64,000 bases of DNA. Source: Spirogloea muscicola. Its lineage: Eukaryota. A program made the translations under genes and the position numbers. The stretch lies in contig WELB01000002.1 in NCBI GenBank assembly GCA_009602725.1, positions 1,699,194-1,763,193 of the forward strand. The letters are read 5' to 3'. Below, piece after piece: positions 13,701 through 25,754 of this stretch (position 1 is its first letter; the number at the start of each line of letters is the position of its first letter). The notes beneath the pieces were generated by a model that searched no databases, had not been told where the DNA came from, and saw only the letters and a program-made list of their open reading frames with translations.

Positions 13701-16700
13701 GTCGAACCTCGTTCTTGGATTGGCCTTCCACAGGTTGCGTCGACCTGGTGGCGTTCACGACGGGCTGTGGCGGGCGCATCATTGCCGATGTGGTCACCAC
13801 TGATGTGGTCGACCGCTCCAATCCGGGGCTTTCTGCCTCGCGGGCTGGCCACGCTGCGGCAAAGGCCGCTCGCAGCAAGGCGGCCAAACACGCCGACCAC
13901 CCGGCTGCCGACGAGTTCGTCCCCCTGGCTGTGGACGTGCATCGGGCTCTCGGATCCCACTGGCTCGACCTGTTGGCCAGGCTTGCACGGCGCGCTGTGT
14001 CCCGCAGGCGCGGTGAGCCGGCTCACTTCAACCCGCTGGCTCGTGGGCTCAGGTGTATCGTATGCGCTTGTCCGTCTCCCTCCAGCGGTCCATGGCCCAC
14101 GCCTTGCATCTGCGTGCTGGCCGTGCTCTCGCTGCGGCCTCCGGCTTTCGTCAGGGGGATAGTTTACCGGCAGCTAGTCTGTCGGATGTGAGGCTCCTCA
14201 CTCGTAACTACTAAGTGGTCCATCCTCCCCCGTTCTGCCATAGCCTCTTCAGGCCCCGCAGTCGCTGCTTAGCTCGTAGTTTGGCCCCTTCGAACCTTGT
14301 CAATTCTTTTCGGGCTGGCTTCTCACAGCCCTTGCCTCCATTGGGAGAGCCACTTCTTCCACAGCCCTCGCCCCCCTTTGAAGAAAGTACTTACGTCCTG
14401 ACCGACCGCTGTGTCCCGCAGGCGAGGTGAGCAGGCTGACTTCAACGCCGCTGGCTCGTTGGCCCAAGTCTATCGCATGCGACTAGCCGTCTCCCTTCAG
14501 CGATCCATGGCCCACGCTTTGCACCTGCGTGCTGGCCGTGCTCTCGCTGCTGCCTCTGGCTTTCGTCAGGGGGATTCTTTTCTGCCAGCTAGTCTGTCGC
14601 ATTTGAGGCTCCTCACTCGTTGTTATTGAGTGATTCATCCTTCCCTAGTTTAGAGCTAGCGCCTCTGACCCCTTCGTAGTTTGGCCCCTTCGAACCTTGT
14701 CAATTTTTTTTGGGCTGGCTTCTTACAGCCCTAGCCCCGATTGGAAGAGCCACTTCTCTAGTGCAACCCGGAAGGCAGGGTATGCGGCCGCCGGTGCCGC
14801 CCGCCGCAAGGATGTGAAGTACGCCGATCATGCGCGGAGGACATTCTAAATTGCCCCTCGCCATCGAAGCCCCTTGTCCGTAGTCTTGGATTTGGGTTCG
14901 GGATCTAGGGGACAGAGAATGTTGAAGACGAAAGTACGCTTCCAGGAGAGGGACTGTGGCTCTCCTTAAGGGGGGCAAGGGCTGTGAATAGCCAGCCCGG
15001 ATTATGTGACAAGGTCCGAAAGGGCCAAAAGCGCTGTCTCGGACTGAAGCTTGGCCGGTAGGATGAATCATTTACAATTACGAGCCAGGAGCCAGGGAAT
15101 CCGCTACCCAGAGACTAGTTTCCCTGACCTGCGGCTGCTCAACAGGGAATTTTGTGCGGCCAGTGCCACTCGAGTCGCTGTTCTTTAGCGCTTTTCTGGC
15201 CCCTTCGTTCATGCTTTTCTGGGCTGGCTAATCACAGCCATCGCCCACTACTGGAAGAGTCTTTCTTATAGGGGCCACTCTTTATCCGGCTGGCTTCCAA
15301 AAGAGAGACTCTTTCAGCTGCTTCTTCCACGGCCACCGTCTCTTGTTTCCCGTATCCTTACCAGTTCCTTGTCCTCCCACTTTGCTTGACCGGCACCGAA
15401 CACTTCGAGTGTAAGCACCAATCTCCCGCCCCCTTTGGAAGAGCTCACTACCGATCTGCTGATGAGATCTCGTCGGCTGCCCACATTAACTGAAGTGTGT
15501 TGAGGGAGGCGAGCGCACTGCCTCTACCGCCCACTTAGAGACGCAGTGTTTGGCTTTGCTCAGGAGGCTGGGTACCATCCGCCGGATAAGGAAGGGTCGG
15601 GCATCATGCATGTACTTCAGAAATTGGGCAGAATAAATGTGAGGCGGCAAAATAACCCCTGGGTTATTTTGCCAACCCTCGGAGTGGCGGGCCTGGCCTC
15701 CTCCTCGACTCGTACAGAGAGACGCTTCAATAAGGGCACCCTCGCTAATTGTGCCTGGCTGGGCGACAAACCATAAGGAAAGGAAGCATGCTCATCCGAA
15801 GGTGCCGAAAGAAAGAAGAAGTGGCACTCCCAATGGGGGCAAGGGCTGTGAAAAGCCAGCCCGAAAGAGAATTGACAAAGGTTCGAAGGGGCCAGATGAT
15901 AGAGGGGCCTAAAAAGCGCTAAGCAGCTACGAAGGGGCCTGAAGATGCTATGTCAGAACGGGGGAGGATGGACCACTCAGTAATACGAGTGAGAAGCCTC
16001 AAATCCGACAGACGAGCTGCCGGAAAATTATCCCCCTGACGAAAGCAGGCAGCCGCAGCGAGAGCACGGCCAGCACGCAGATGCAAGGCGTGGGCCATGG
16101 ACCGCTGAAGGGAGACGGACAATCGCATACGATATACCTGAGCCCAAGCTTGGGATAGAGGGGCACAATCCAGACTGGTTACGGCAGTGGAAGATGAGCG
16201 CCGCAGAAGGTTGAGGAGGCTGCCAGAGATTCACAACAATCCAAGGAGCCTGGCAAGACTTACTTCCCTCGCCACACCTGGAGCCACAGACTGGATCACC
16301 CACACGCCGTGGCCAGCGCCTTCAGCATCAGCTCCGATGCCTTTCGGACGTTGCTTCAACTCTTCCTCGGCCTCCCACCTAACTGCCTGATTGGGGTGCG
16401 CCAGTGTGAGTGCGGCTTCCTTGCAGAGAGTGCTGAGCTCGCCACTCACATGCTGCGATGCCCCACTGGACCAGAAGTGGTGGGCATCCACAACCTCCTC
16501 CGTGATGCTCTGGCGGGTTTGATGCGCGACGCCGGGTACCGTGCGGTCGTGGAAGTGAACAACATCATGCCTATCACCACGGATGCCCAGGGACGTCATC
16601 ATTGCCGCATACTTGACATTGTGGGCGTGCAACCTGGTGGAGGACCAAGGGCTTTGGTCGATATTGTTATCACGGAGGCCTATAAAGGTCCAGCATCGAC

Positions 16701-18400
16701 ACACATCGCTGGCCACGCAGTGGGCAGTGCTGAACAACATAAGTTGCAGCACTACTCCGATTAACCCCGATGTGATCAGCTCTTGCCAGCGGCAATCGAC
16801 ATCTTTGGCTGCTAAGGTCCTCGTTTCCTTACTCTCCTTCAGAACATAGCATCGACGAGTTTCGGCCTGTTTGCAGCGTGCTCAGGCTAATGCTTTGCAC
16901 CAGAAAGCTGGGTGAGCTCTAGTCGGTGGCAGAAGTGCTTCGTATCTGTCATCTAGTATCCAGGCATCGGTTAGCGACCTTTATGTTTTGACCCGTGGTT
17001 ACTGAGCGGGTCAATCTACTGTAGGTTATGTAGGTCTTAAGATGTGCTTGCCTTTGTACTTGGCCATTTGGCCTTCGTTTGTTTCAAATACACGAAATTC
17101 TTCCTGAGCCCACGAGCCAGCGACGTAGAAGTGAGCAGCAGAAATTAGAACCAAAAAAGGAGTCAGTACAAGGACCACCCCCAGGGAGACCACTTTTATC
17201 ATTGCTCTATGGACAATCATGGGCAGCAACGATACCAAGTGTTCCTCCCTCCCCCATCGCCTGGCCCCACCTGGTCGACGAGCGCCGTTGTAGGCGGGCC
17301 GGTAGCTTAGGGCATACTTTTGTCCAGCAAGGATTGGTTGCTAAACACAGAATGCGGCTCGCGCCTACTTTGAGCATTCCCAGTCTCTAGCATACATCAG
17401 CGTGCTAGGGGCGAATTAAGCCAGGCTACTGAGGTGCGAGGTGTTGCTCCGGCGCCCCATGAAAGCCTGGCAAATACTCTTGTGCTCACTTGTGGGTACT
17501 GGAGTCCCACTTCAATTGTTCACTATTTTTTTAACCTTAGCTCGTGTTAAATTTTTGACAGTTTATTTTGCAGTGCACTGGTTTGCTTTGGCCTCTTCTC
17601 ATATCGTGCGCACCACCTTCAGTTTCCTTCTGGAATGGCCTTTCACAGCCACCGCCCCGCTTTGAGAAGAACCTTCGTAATTGATGGGCTGGCCTCTTAC
17701 AGCATCGCCCCCCTTTGGTAGGACTTCTCTCCATTTTTCTGGCTCCTTTGACCTCATCTATTTGTCTGTGGACTGGCCTTTTCTCAGCCCTCGCCCCCTG
17801 CAGAAAGCTGCATCTCTACGACTTTTCATTTGAACTGGCCTCCTGAAGCCTTTGCCCCCATCTGGAAAGGTTTTGCTCTTTTTTAAGCAGACATGGCTTC
17901 TCCCGGTTTTGCTCTCTACTCACTGCATGCGCTCCACCGGCGACTTGACAGCGCTCCCTGGGCCCTGCCTGCACTTACATGGCGGACCTTGTTGCGGCTG
18001 CCTTGTCGCGGTCTGGCCGTGAGGATTGGCACTCCCCGTCTGTCTGACCTCCGGCTGCTGGCTTTGAGTTGCGAGCTTGTGCGGCCGCCTAGTTGCCGTC
18101 TCTTGGTCATGCTGCTTCAGCCTCCTCAGGTGGCGTCCCCCAACACCTGTGTGCCCTTGCCCCGGTGACCAGTCACACCGACGATTCATTAAAAGGAGCT
18201 ACCATATCTGTCTTCATCTTCATCACGTATTGCACTTGCATTGTTACTCGCCACGCCAGATGCACCTGCCTTCAGCAACAATGCCTTCGTGGCTGAGACA
18301 GCAATTCGGAGCGGTTGCTTGTCCAGTGGACGCCTCCTCAACCCCACCCCTCCTCGTTGTGACTTGCTTTGGGCTGGCCACTCGTAATTGGCACGAGTGG
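10780..18400. mobile_element. Nest 1 of 5'-truncated CRE-like (RLE) non-LTR retrotransposon 3' ends, both orientations
   Basis: Repeated ORF C-termini (DVVTTD..K..KH.DHP..DEFVPLAVDVHG..G; RMRLAVSLQRS.A.A.HLRAGRA; SDL.LLTRGY*) each followed by the GGGCTGGC..CAGCC motif and a CTTCTT tail. About 20 motif copies by hand count. Confidence 0.85.
16150..17076 (+). pseudogene. Longest retroelement remnant (family B): CCHC zinc knuckle plus RLE domain, disrupted
   Basis: ARLTSLATPGATDWI / FRTLLQLFLGLP..CECG-x-H-x3-C..HNLLRDALA..RILDIV..LVDIVIT..HKLQHY..PAAIDIFG..RVSACLQRAQANA..SDLYVLTRGY*. Contains a frameshift and several in-frame stops. Confidence 0.85.
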
Positions 18401-19505
18401 CTTTTTTGCAGTTACAGAGATATATCAAGTGGCTCTCGGAAGGTGCGGTGGTGGGGGCTGTGGCAACCCCTTGGGAGATACAACATACAACATGCCCTCT
18501 TGGGGGTGGAGAAACCGTCTGTACCCGCCTGGTTAGATACCCCAGAGCTTTTCCTGAGCAGAAACTGAAATTTGTTTTGAGGTGGAAGTTCACATTCACA
18601 GTGGAATATTGCTCGTCAATGCAAGCATACTAATCTTATGTTTACACAAAGCAGTCACTTAGACAGGCATGCTCAGCTCATGCACTGGAGCTCATTTGTG
18701 AGGAATTTTGATGCACCTTCAACGCCTCCCCATATCAAATGAAGTAGTGAGGCCGCAGGAGAAGGTCCAAGTGCCGGCTTTCCTGATTAAAAGTCACAGA
18801 AGCCAAAACTTGCGTGGCAGCTCCAATGGCTTAGCTGCCGCTAATGGCCCCCTTGCCAGAACCATTGAGAAGCTCATGGGACTGTGCAGCGTCCCACTAC
18901 TGGAAGTAACGCCAATAAATGAAAGAATAGTGCGCAGACGCCATGCTGACTACTGTATGTACATGTCACTGTTTTGTTCAGACAATTGGCCCGCCTTCAT
19001 ACAGTCTGAGAGGAAATCTTGAGTCTCCACGACAATGTGCCTGCGAGGCTTGCTGCTGCTGTTTGCCGAGCAAACCAGTTATCATGTTGATCGACGGTCC
19101 TGGTACAGTACCCTAAGCCTTGTCATAATTGCTGCAAGGGCAGGTCACCTGCACACATGACCCATGGGTGTATGCCTCACGCTACCCGCAGAAGCAGCTG
19201 CTAGCAGCAGCTGCGCATGCACTGTTAAGCAAGGGAGGGCCAAAATTCGTGCATGGGAAGCGGCTGATACCTCCTGAACGAACTGGACAGCCCCTGTCCG
19301 CAGCATCAGCAGCAGGGTTGTCGTCATAGAACCTTCACTCCCATCTGCACCGTCCTCTATTTCGAGGCCATGTCAACTGGAAAGCCCTGGATTTTTGACC
19401 TGGCACTAGTGGCTCTGCACCTGACACGCAGTCCATCTACATTGTCACTCAGCCACCAGGTGTCTCCGGCGAGGCCTGTGAAATACCAACACCGGCGCCC
19501 TTGTC

Positions 19506-22500
19506 TCAATCAACAGGAACGCCCTTGCCCCGCCGCTGACTGCGGCCCTTGCCCTTGCCGCCGCGGTGCCGCCGCCGTCTCTTCTCCACGTTGTCGGCCT
19601 CCGGTAAGCCCGCTGCCTTGCAGTCACTGGCCTGCTGGCCTTCTCGTCTGCCAGCCTCGGCCTGCTCGCCTCTCCATCTCTTGACGCCCTGCCCAGCCTC
19701 ACTCTCCGTCTCGGCAGCAATCACCCCACCTGCCGGCCGAAACAGGTCTAGATTGGCAGCATCGACGAAGCAACTTCGCGCTTTAGCATCCTTGAGCAGG
19801 GAGCTCCACGCTTCCGACTGCTGTAAAGCTAGTGCATTGCCCAGGACCTGCAGCAACAACAACACAGCCAATATACAAATGTGCAGAAAAACCCTGATTT
19901 CCAATTGTGCAGGAAATCACTCCAGCATTTACTGTGCAAGGACGCACTATAAGTGTGCAAGACGTTAGACCTACTGAAGAAGAGCATGTAAGGCAGCCAG
20001 ACAAGCACGCTTAAATGCAGGTCACGTCCTCGATGGTATTGTTGCTTGTCCTATTGCAATGTATGTGCCCTTTGAGGATTTTCAAGGAGTTTCAGCACTT
20101 GGACAGAACCACCAATCATTCGAATAAGCCTCCTAAGGCTGCCTAAGCTTGCTGTATCTGACATTGACCCTGCATATCTGCACCTACCCAGAGAGCCCGC
20201 CGGGCCCTGGTGAGCGCCACATTCATGCGGCGGATGTCGGAGACGAAGCCAACGCTCCGGACTGACGCCCGGACGCACGACATAATGATCACGTCTCGCT
20301 CCTGCCCTTGAAAGGCATCGACAGTGTTGATGTAGATCTGCTTCGGCTCCACCTCCTTGAGCACCGGCTCAAACTCCCGCTTCAGCAGGCGCAGCTGCTG
20401 TTTGTATGGGGTGACCACCCCCACCGGCACCGTCCCATTGCACCCGCACTCCTTTGCCACTGCCTGTAGGTGCTGCAGAGGGAAAGGATGGCAATCAAAG
20501 AAGGGTACCCATTAGCTCGGTGCACAGAAAGAAGGACTCTCATGAGGCGGCCATGTCATGGAGGCATTGCTTACTCTATAGAGCAAGACCGCGAGCTTGG
20601 CCTCGTAGAGGTTCTGATAGCTCATGGATCCGCCATGTGACTCACGGCCCTTGCTGACGTCGTAGAACAGGTATGGTTTTAGCAGGGCGTCCCGATAGAA
20701 GGGCTCGGGCGGCATCTGCTGCACGGCCTGGCTATCTGTGAGGCGGTCCTCGTAGAAGTAGGAGGACGGCCAGCGGCGGATCTCGGGGTGCATGCGGTGC
20801 TGCACGGTGAGCATGATGGAGGGGCAACCTGCCTCCTTGAGTCGCTCGAACAAGCTCCGGCTGGTAAGGTGGTTATAGTTATGGGCAGGTGCAAGCAATA
20901 CTTGAGGTGCGTCAGATGCCTAATGAGAGGTCCTGTAACGTGCATAGTTCCAAAATGTGTGAAGGCCTTCCACTTGCAAGTCAAGCAAACACGTGCAGAG
21001 TCTGGTGATTGCGAAGTTGTCATCACAATTGAGGTCCAGGGGACGTACTTGTAAAGCATATTCTGAGCAGCCTGAGAGATGACCGTGGCTGGGAGCTGCT
21101 GGGGGTCCCCTACCAGGACACATCGGGAGGCCTTGAGGGCGAGTGGGGGGAGGATGGACACCTCGCTCGCCTGTGCCGCCTCATCTACCACCACAACATC
21201 AAAACCACTCTCCAGCCTCTCAAAGGTCCTGCAAGACAAAAGGATGTCAGGAGGTCATACTTAAAATTCTCAAGAGTCTCTTTCGAGTATTGGCAATCAT
21301 TAAGGCACCTATCAGTAGTCAAGCGAGCATGCTGCAACAACAGGTAGTGATTGATGCAGACTTGCGCCCTGAGCTTGAGAGTGTAGTGAAGACAATCTCG
21401 GCCTCCGCTGCAAAGCTGGCCTCTAACTGCAGCTTGACTGCGTCCGACACCACCTGCCGCTCCAGCGCGATGCGGTATCGGCCCATCTCCGCCTGTAGCT
21501 TGTGTCGTTGCTCCACCACTCTCTAAATGTCCAGATTGTGCAAAAATCATCATAGTTGATAGCATACTAAATAGACTGACGAAGAAACTAGTTGTAGGCA
21601 GCCTAGCATTCTGCATGTTTCTCTCCTTGAGATTTTTCCAGAAAGGTCGAACAGACTTGCATACATAAGTGGCTGAAATTTGGTGTACCAACAATTTGGT
21701 ATACCCAAGACGTCCTTGTAACAGAGTGGAATACCAAACTGAAGGCTCACTACCGTGATATGAAGCGGGCAGGTTGGGACAACAAGAGGTGATATTCTGG
21801 TCAGTCGAGGACTTGCAAATCTTTGCAACAGAGATTGGGGCATACAGCTAGCTGTTGGAGCTTCTGGTCGCGCTCCTGATCCAACTTGCCCAAGGCCTCT
21901 GGCTCTTGACCCAACACCGCTCCCTTGTCAGCAGCATCCTCCTGCTCAGCAACGAGAGCCAATGAGCCTGACGTCGGCCCCTGGTTATAGATTATTACGT
22001 GCGACTCATTAGTAGCAGCGCTAACACTGGGGACCTCCATCTTCGAGTGGCACGCAGCAGTGCTCTTGACTTGAAGATCATCTACCTGAAGGCTGGCTCG
22101 AAGCTGCTCCATGTGGTGCTCCATCGCCCGGTCCTGCTCCAGCAGGAAGTAGACCTGCCGCCGGACATCCTCCAGAGGCAGCGCGAGGATCTGCTCGGCA
22201 CGGCGCTCAACCGATACCACCTGCATCTCCCACACATCTCAGTCAGCTCTAGACCATGAAGCAGGCAAGCTGATTGATGTGACAACAACCGGTAATCACA
22301 TGTGGTCAAGCACGGAGATGTCTTGGACCTGAGCTGCCGGTGATGCAGCCTCTGTGCCCACCCGCGCCACATTGGGCCGATAGGTTGCCATCTCGCCGTC
22401 CAGGAAGCCTTGCTCGAGCACCCGCAGGAGCAGCTCGTCGACAGCGGCATTGGAGGGCGCGCATACCAGCATGCGAGGCTTCTCCACGCTTCGCACTCCC

Positions 22501-25417
22501 AGCAGCTGGTTCTCGGACAGCCTTGGCCGCGAGCCAGGCCCCTGCTGAATCACTGGCAGTGTGGTTGAGACGCACCCTGTGGATATATTGTGTGCAGAAA
22601 CTCAATACATCCCTCAGACTCATTGTGCGATGGGGCAGAACTTCCTCCGCGCTGCATATGAAGCACCTACCATGCTTGCATCACCAACCTGGGTTACCTT
22701 TGCAAGCGAAGTCTTCTCGTCCCCGCCCAAAGAAATGCCGAGCTGCCGCAGCAGGTTCTCGTAGTACATCTGATACTGCACCAGGTGGATGACATTGAGC
22801 ATGCCGCAAACAGTGTGCGTCTTCCCCGTCCCTGGCGGGCCCTGCACCAGCGTGAACGGCCACGAGTTGCCACCAGCGCCTGGCGTGCCCGCCGCTGTGA
22901 ATGCACCAACCCACTGGATGGACTTGAGCTGCGGCGCGTTGAATCGCTCCATCAGGTATGACTTGAACGCAGGCGTGAAGCGCTGGGGGAGTGGCGGTGC
23001 TTCCTCTGCAGTGTAGTCTGGAAACAGCTGCGGCCGCGGTTGGAGCACTGCTTCCATGAGCTGCGTAAGCCAAACACAAGCGGACAATAACAACGAGGCC
23101 TGCACGCCTGACTAAGGTATGCCCGGCAAGTCTCTGACTCCTGCTTCGTGTCAGCCGTGCACAAGCCCATCCATGCATGCAGAAGAAGCTGAGGCATGCC
23201 AGACCTAGACCCAAGCCATATCTGCATAAATCAAACTGCCACTGTCTTTGCAAGAAGCACGAGCACAACGATCACCATCCAGCGTGCAGGACACGGCCGG
23301 CTTGCTTGACCACTCAAACCACTGCTTGTGCTACATCCATAACAAAGTGGACTGACAGTGCCAATGAGAGTCCTGAGACAAAGAGAGCCCGTAGCTCTTC
23401 TTCTACAAGAATTGTGATGGCAGACAGAATGGAGGTCAAAGGATTTAACAGAGCTGCAAAATGCACACCTGCCGGTGAAAGCCTTTGAATGCGTGCAGCG
23501 CAGTGAGCTCGCGCTGCGTCGTCGTGAGCGTGCCAAGGTTGGTGAGAAACCACCCATCGCCCCGCGCTTGAAGGGCCCTTACGACGTGCCCAGGGTTGCC
23601 CATTTTTGGGCTGCACAACGACGCACCCACGGTCACTGACTACCGACTGACTGCTGTGCGTCATTTACCTCAACACTGACAGCAATGCTCAAAATGCCAG
23701 AACAGAACCTCGACCAGAGATCTGCCATGCTACTGACTGTGGAAGCTTCGCCGGACCTGGGATCTGCCAACTCCTGGGGGCTGGCAAGGAAGCGAAAAGT
23801 GATAGTCTCGCGTGGATGTCGATCGTGATTCCGTGCGGGCTGGTTCAGCAGCCGCTTGGCTACTCCAGCAATGCGCGCTGGCAGCGAAGCGGTCGCCTCG
23901 TCCTCGGCACTCCGGGCTTCTCCAAATTGCTGCTTCGCCCGTGCGCCTTTTACTGGGCCAGCTGAAGTGACCGAAGCAGATTGCTCTGTGAAAGACACAC
24001 CAACCTTTGATCACGTGATGAAAACAGCCAAGGCGTCGGTTGTCAACCCCTGAATGCGTCGGCAACAAGCAACTGTTTTCAATGTCTTCACAATGCACAA
24101 TCAAGATTGCCTTCAATTGGCAGAAAATTGGTAGAGCCAGTGGCTGGCATAACTCGGCAGTGAGAGGTAGACATACTTGCGGGATGCGGCGTGCAGAGAA
24201 CTGCGATGTCGCTCTCGCGCCAGATTGTGCGGTCGTGTGCATCCCGGACGGTCAACGTGACCTCATACCACCCTGCAGGCACGTCGCTCTGCCAGCTCAA
24301 ACTTCTGGAAACAGAGAATGGTGGACAGCAATCTGCTCACATACTGCAGGAGCAAGACAGTGGCGATGGCCCCACCAGACTCCACGCAAGGCTGGGCGCG
24401 GGAGACGGCCACTGGGACAGGCTTGGCCGGGCCAAAGCCGCTGCCCCCAGCGCCACCGCCGCCGCTGGCCTCAGCAGCCTCCTCCCAGGCCTGCCGCAGC
24501 TGCGCCCGGCACTCCTCGAAGAGCAGCGGCTCGAACGCCGCGACATACGCGCCGGCGTCCGCGAACGTCCGTGGCAGCGCCCGCAGTTTCTCAGCTGCCG
24601 GCGGGGCCCAGAGCTTGCTGCACACGGCCTCGCGCTGCAGCTGCGCCAGCGAGCCCTCCCTGGTCGCCGCCAGCGTCGGCGCGCCTGCCTTACTGATGAG
24701 TCCCTGCCGCTCGCCGCCATTGCAGGAGAGCCGCACTGCAGGAGCCGCCACTGGCGGCGGCGGCCGCTCGGCTATGACCTCCTCCTCGGGCAGCATGACA
24801 GTCTGCCGCTTGGCGGTTGGGCGCAGGACTAGGCCGGCTCCCAGGCGGCTGCCGCGACCGCCGCCGCCGGCCCCATTGCCAGTCGCTGCCCCTCGCCTTG
24901 CATTCGCCGCCGTCACTGCTGTCGCTTCGTCAGCTGACGAGCCGCCGTCGCGAGGGCGCTCCGCCGGCTGCTGCACAGCCGGCCTGGCCACGGGCCCCGC
25001 CGCCGCAGTCGTCTCGCCAGGCGGCGACGAGGCGGCCGCCACGTGAGCTCCACCACCAGGCCGCGCTTTCTGCGCCACCAGATTAGGCCCCGCCGCTAAA
25101 GCTGCGGCAGCCTCGTCTGGGGTCGCCTTCGACGCCACTGAATTAGCAGCTGCCGACATCGTCCGGCTTCTCCGGCCGGCCCTGTGCCGCTTGTCGCCCC
25201 AAGTACTGCCGCCGCCGCCGCCGCCATTGCTGGCTCGGCTGTCCTCCTCGCCGTCGCTCTCGCTCTCCAATTGCGGCGCCTCGCCGGCGTCGCCGCCATC
25301 GCCATCGCCGCCATCGCTGTCGCCGCCATCGCCATCGCCGCCATCGGCGCCGCTGCCGGCCCGCCGCCGCACGGGCNCCTCCTCGCCGCCGTCCGGCGAC
25401 TCGGCACCGACGATCAT
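19506..25417 (-). CDS. SEN1/UPF1-like superfamily-1 helicase, multi-exon (start codon uncertain)
   Basis: [28 protein letters not shown] (Walker A); [20 protein letters not shown] (Walker B); [39 protein letters not shown]. An n at 25377 and a low-complexity N-terminus obscure the start. Confidence 0.93.
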
Positions 25418-25754
25418 GCCGGCCGCCGCGCCCGCCGCGGGCTCTGCCTTCGTCGCGCTGCCTTCGCCGCCGCCGCAGCCGCCGCCGCCGCCGCCGTGAT
25501 GGATGCCGCCGCCGCAGCAGCGCGCGCACGCAAGTGGCGCGAGGTGCAGCCAGAGGGGGCCCTCGCTCGAGCGACGCCCACGGCGGAACGAAGGCTGATG
25601 GGTACGGGCCCAACTAAAGCCGACGGCGAGAGGCCACTGCGAGCGACGACGGCTTGGGCACGGGCGGAGCTGAGCGCCAGAACGCCCCCCGACCAGCGTG
25701 CCAGGGCGACGACGCCGCCTGGCAGCTGCTGTGAACACTGCTTCTCGCTTGTCG

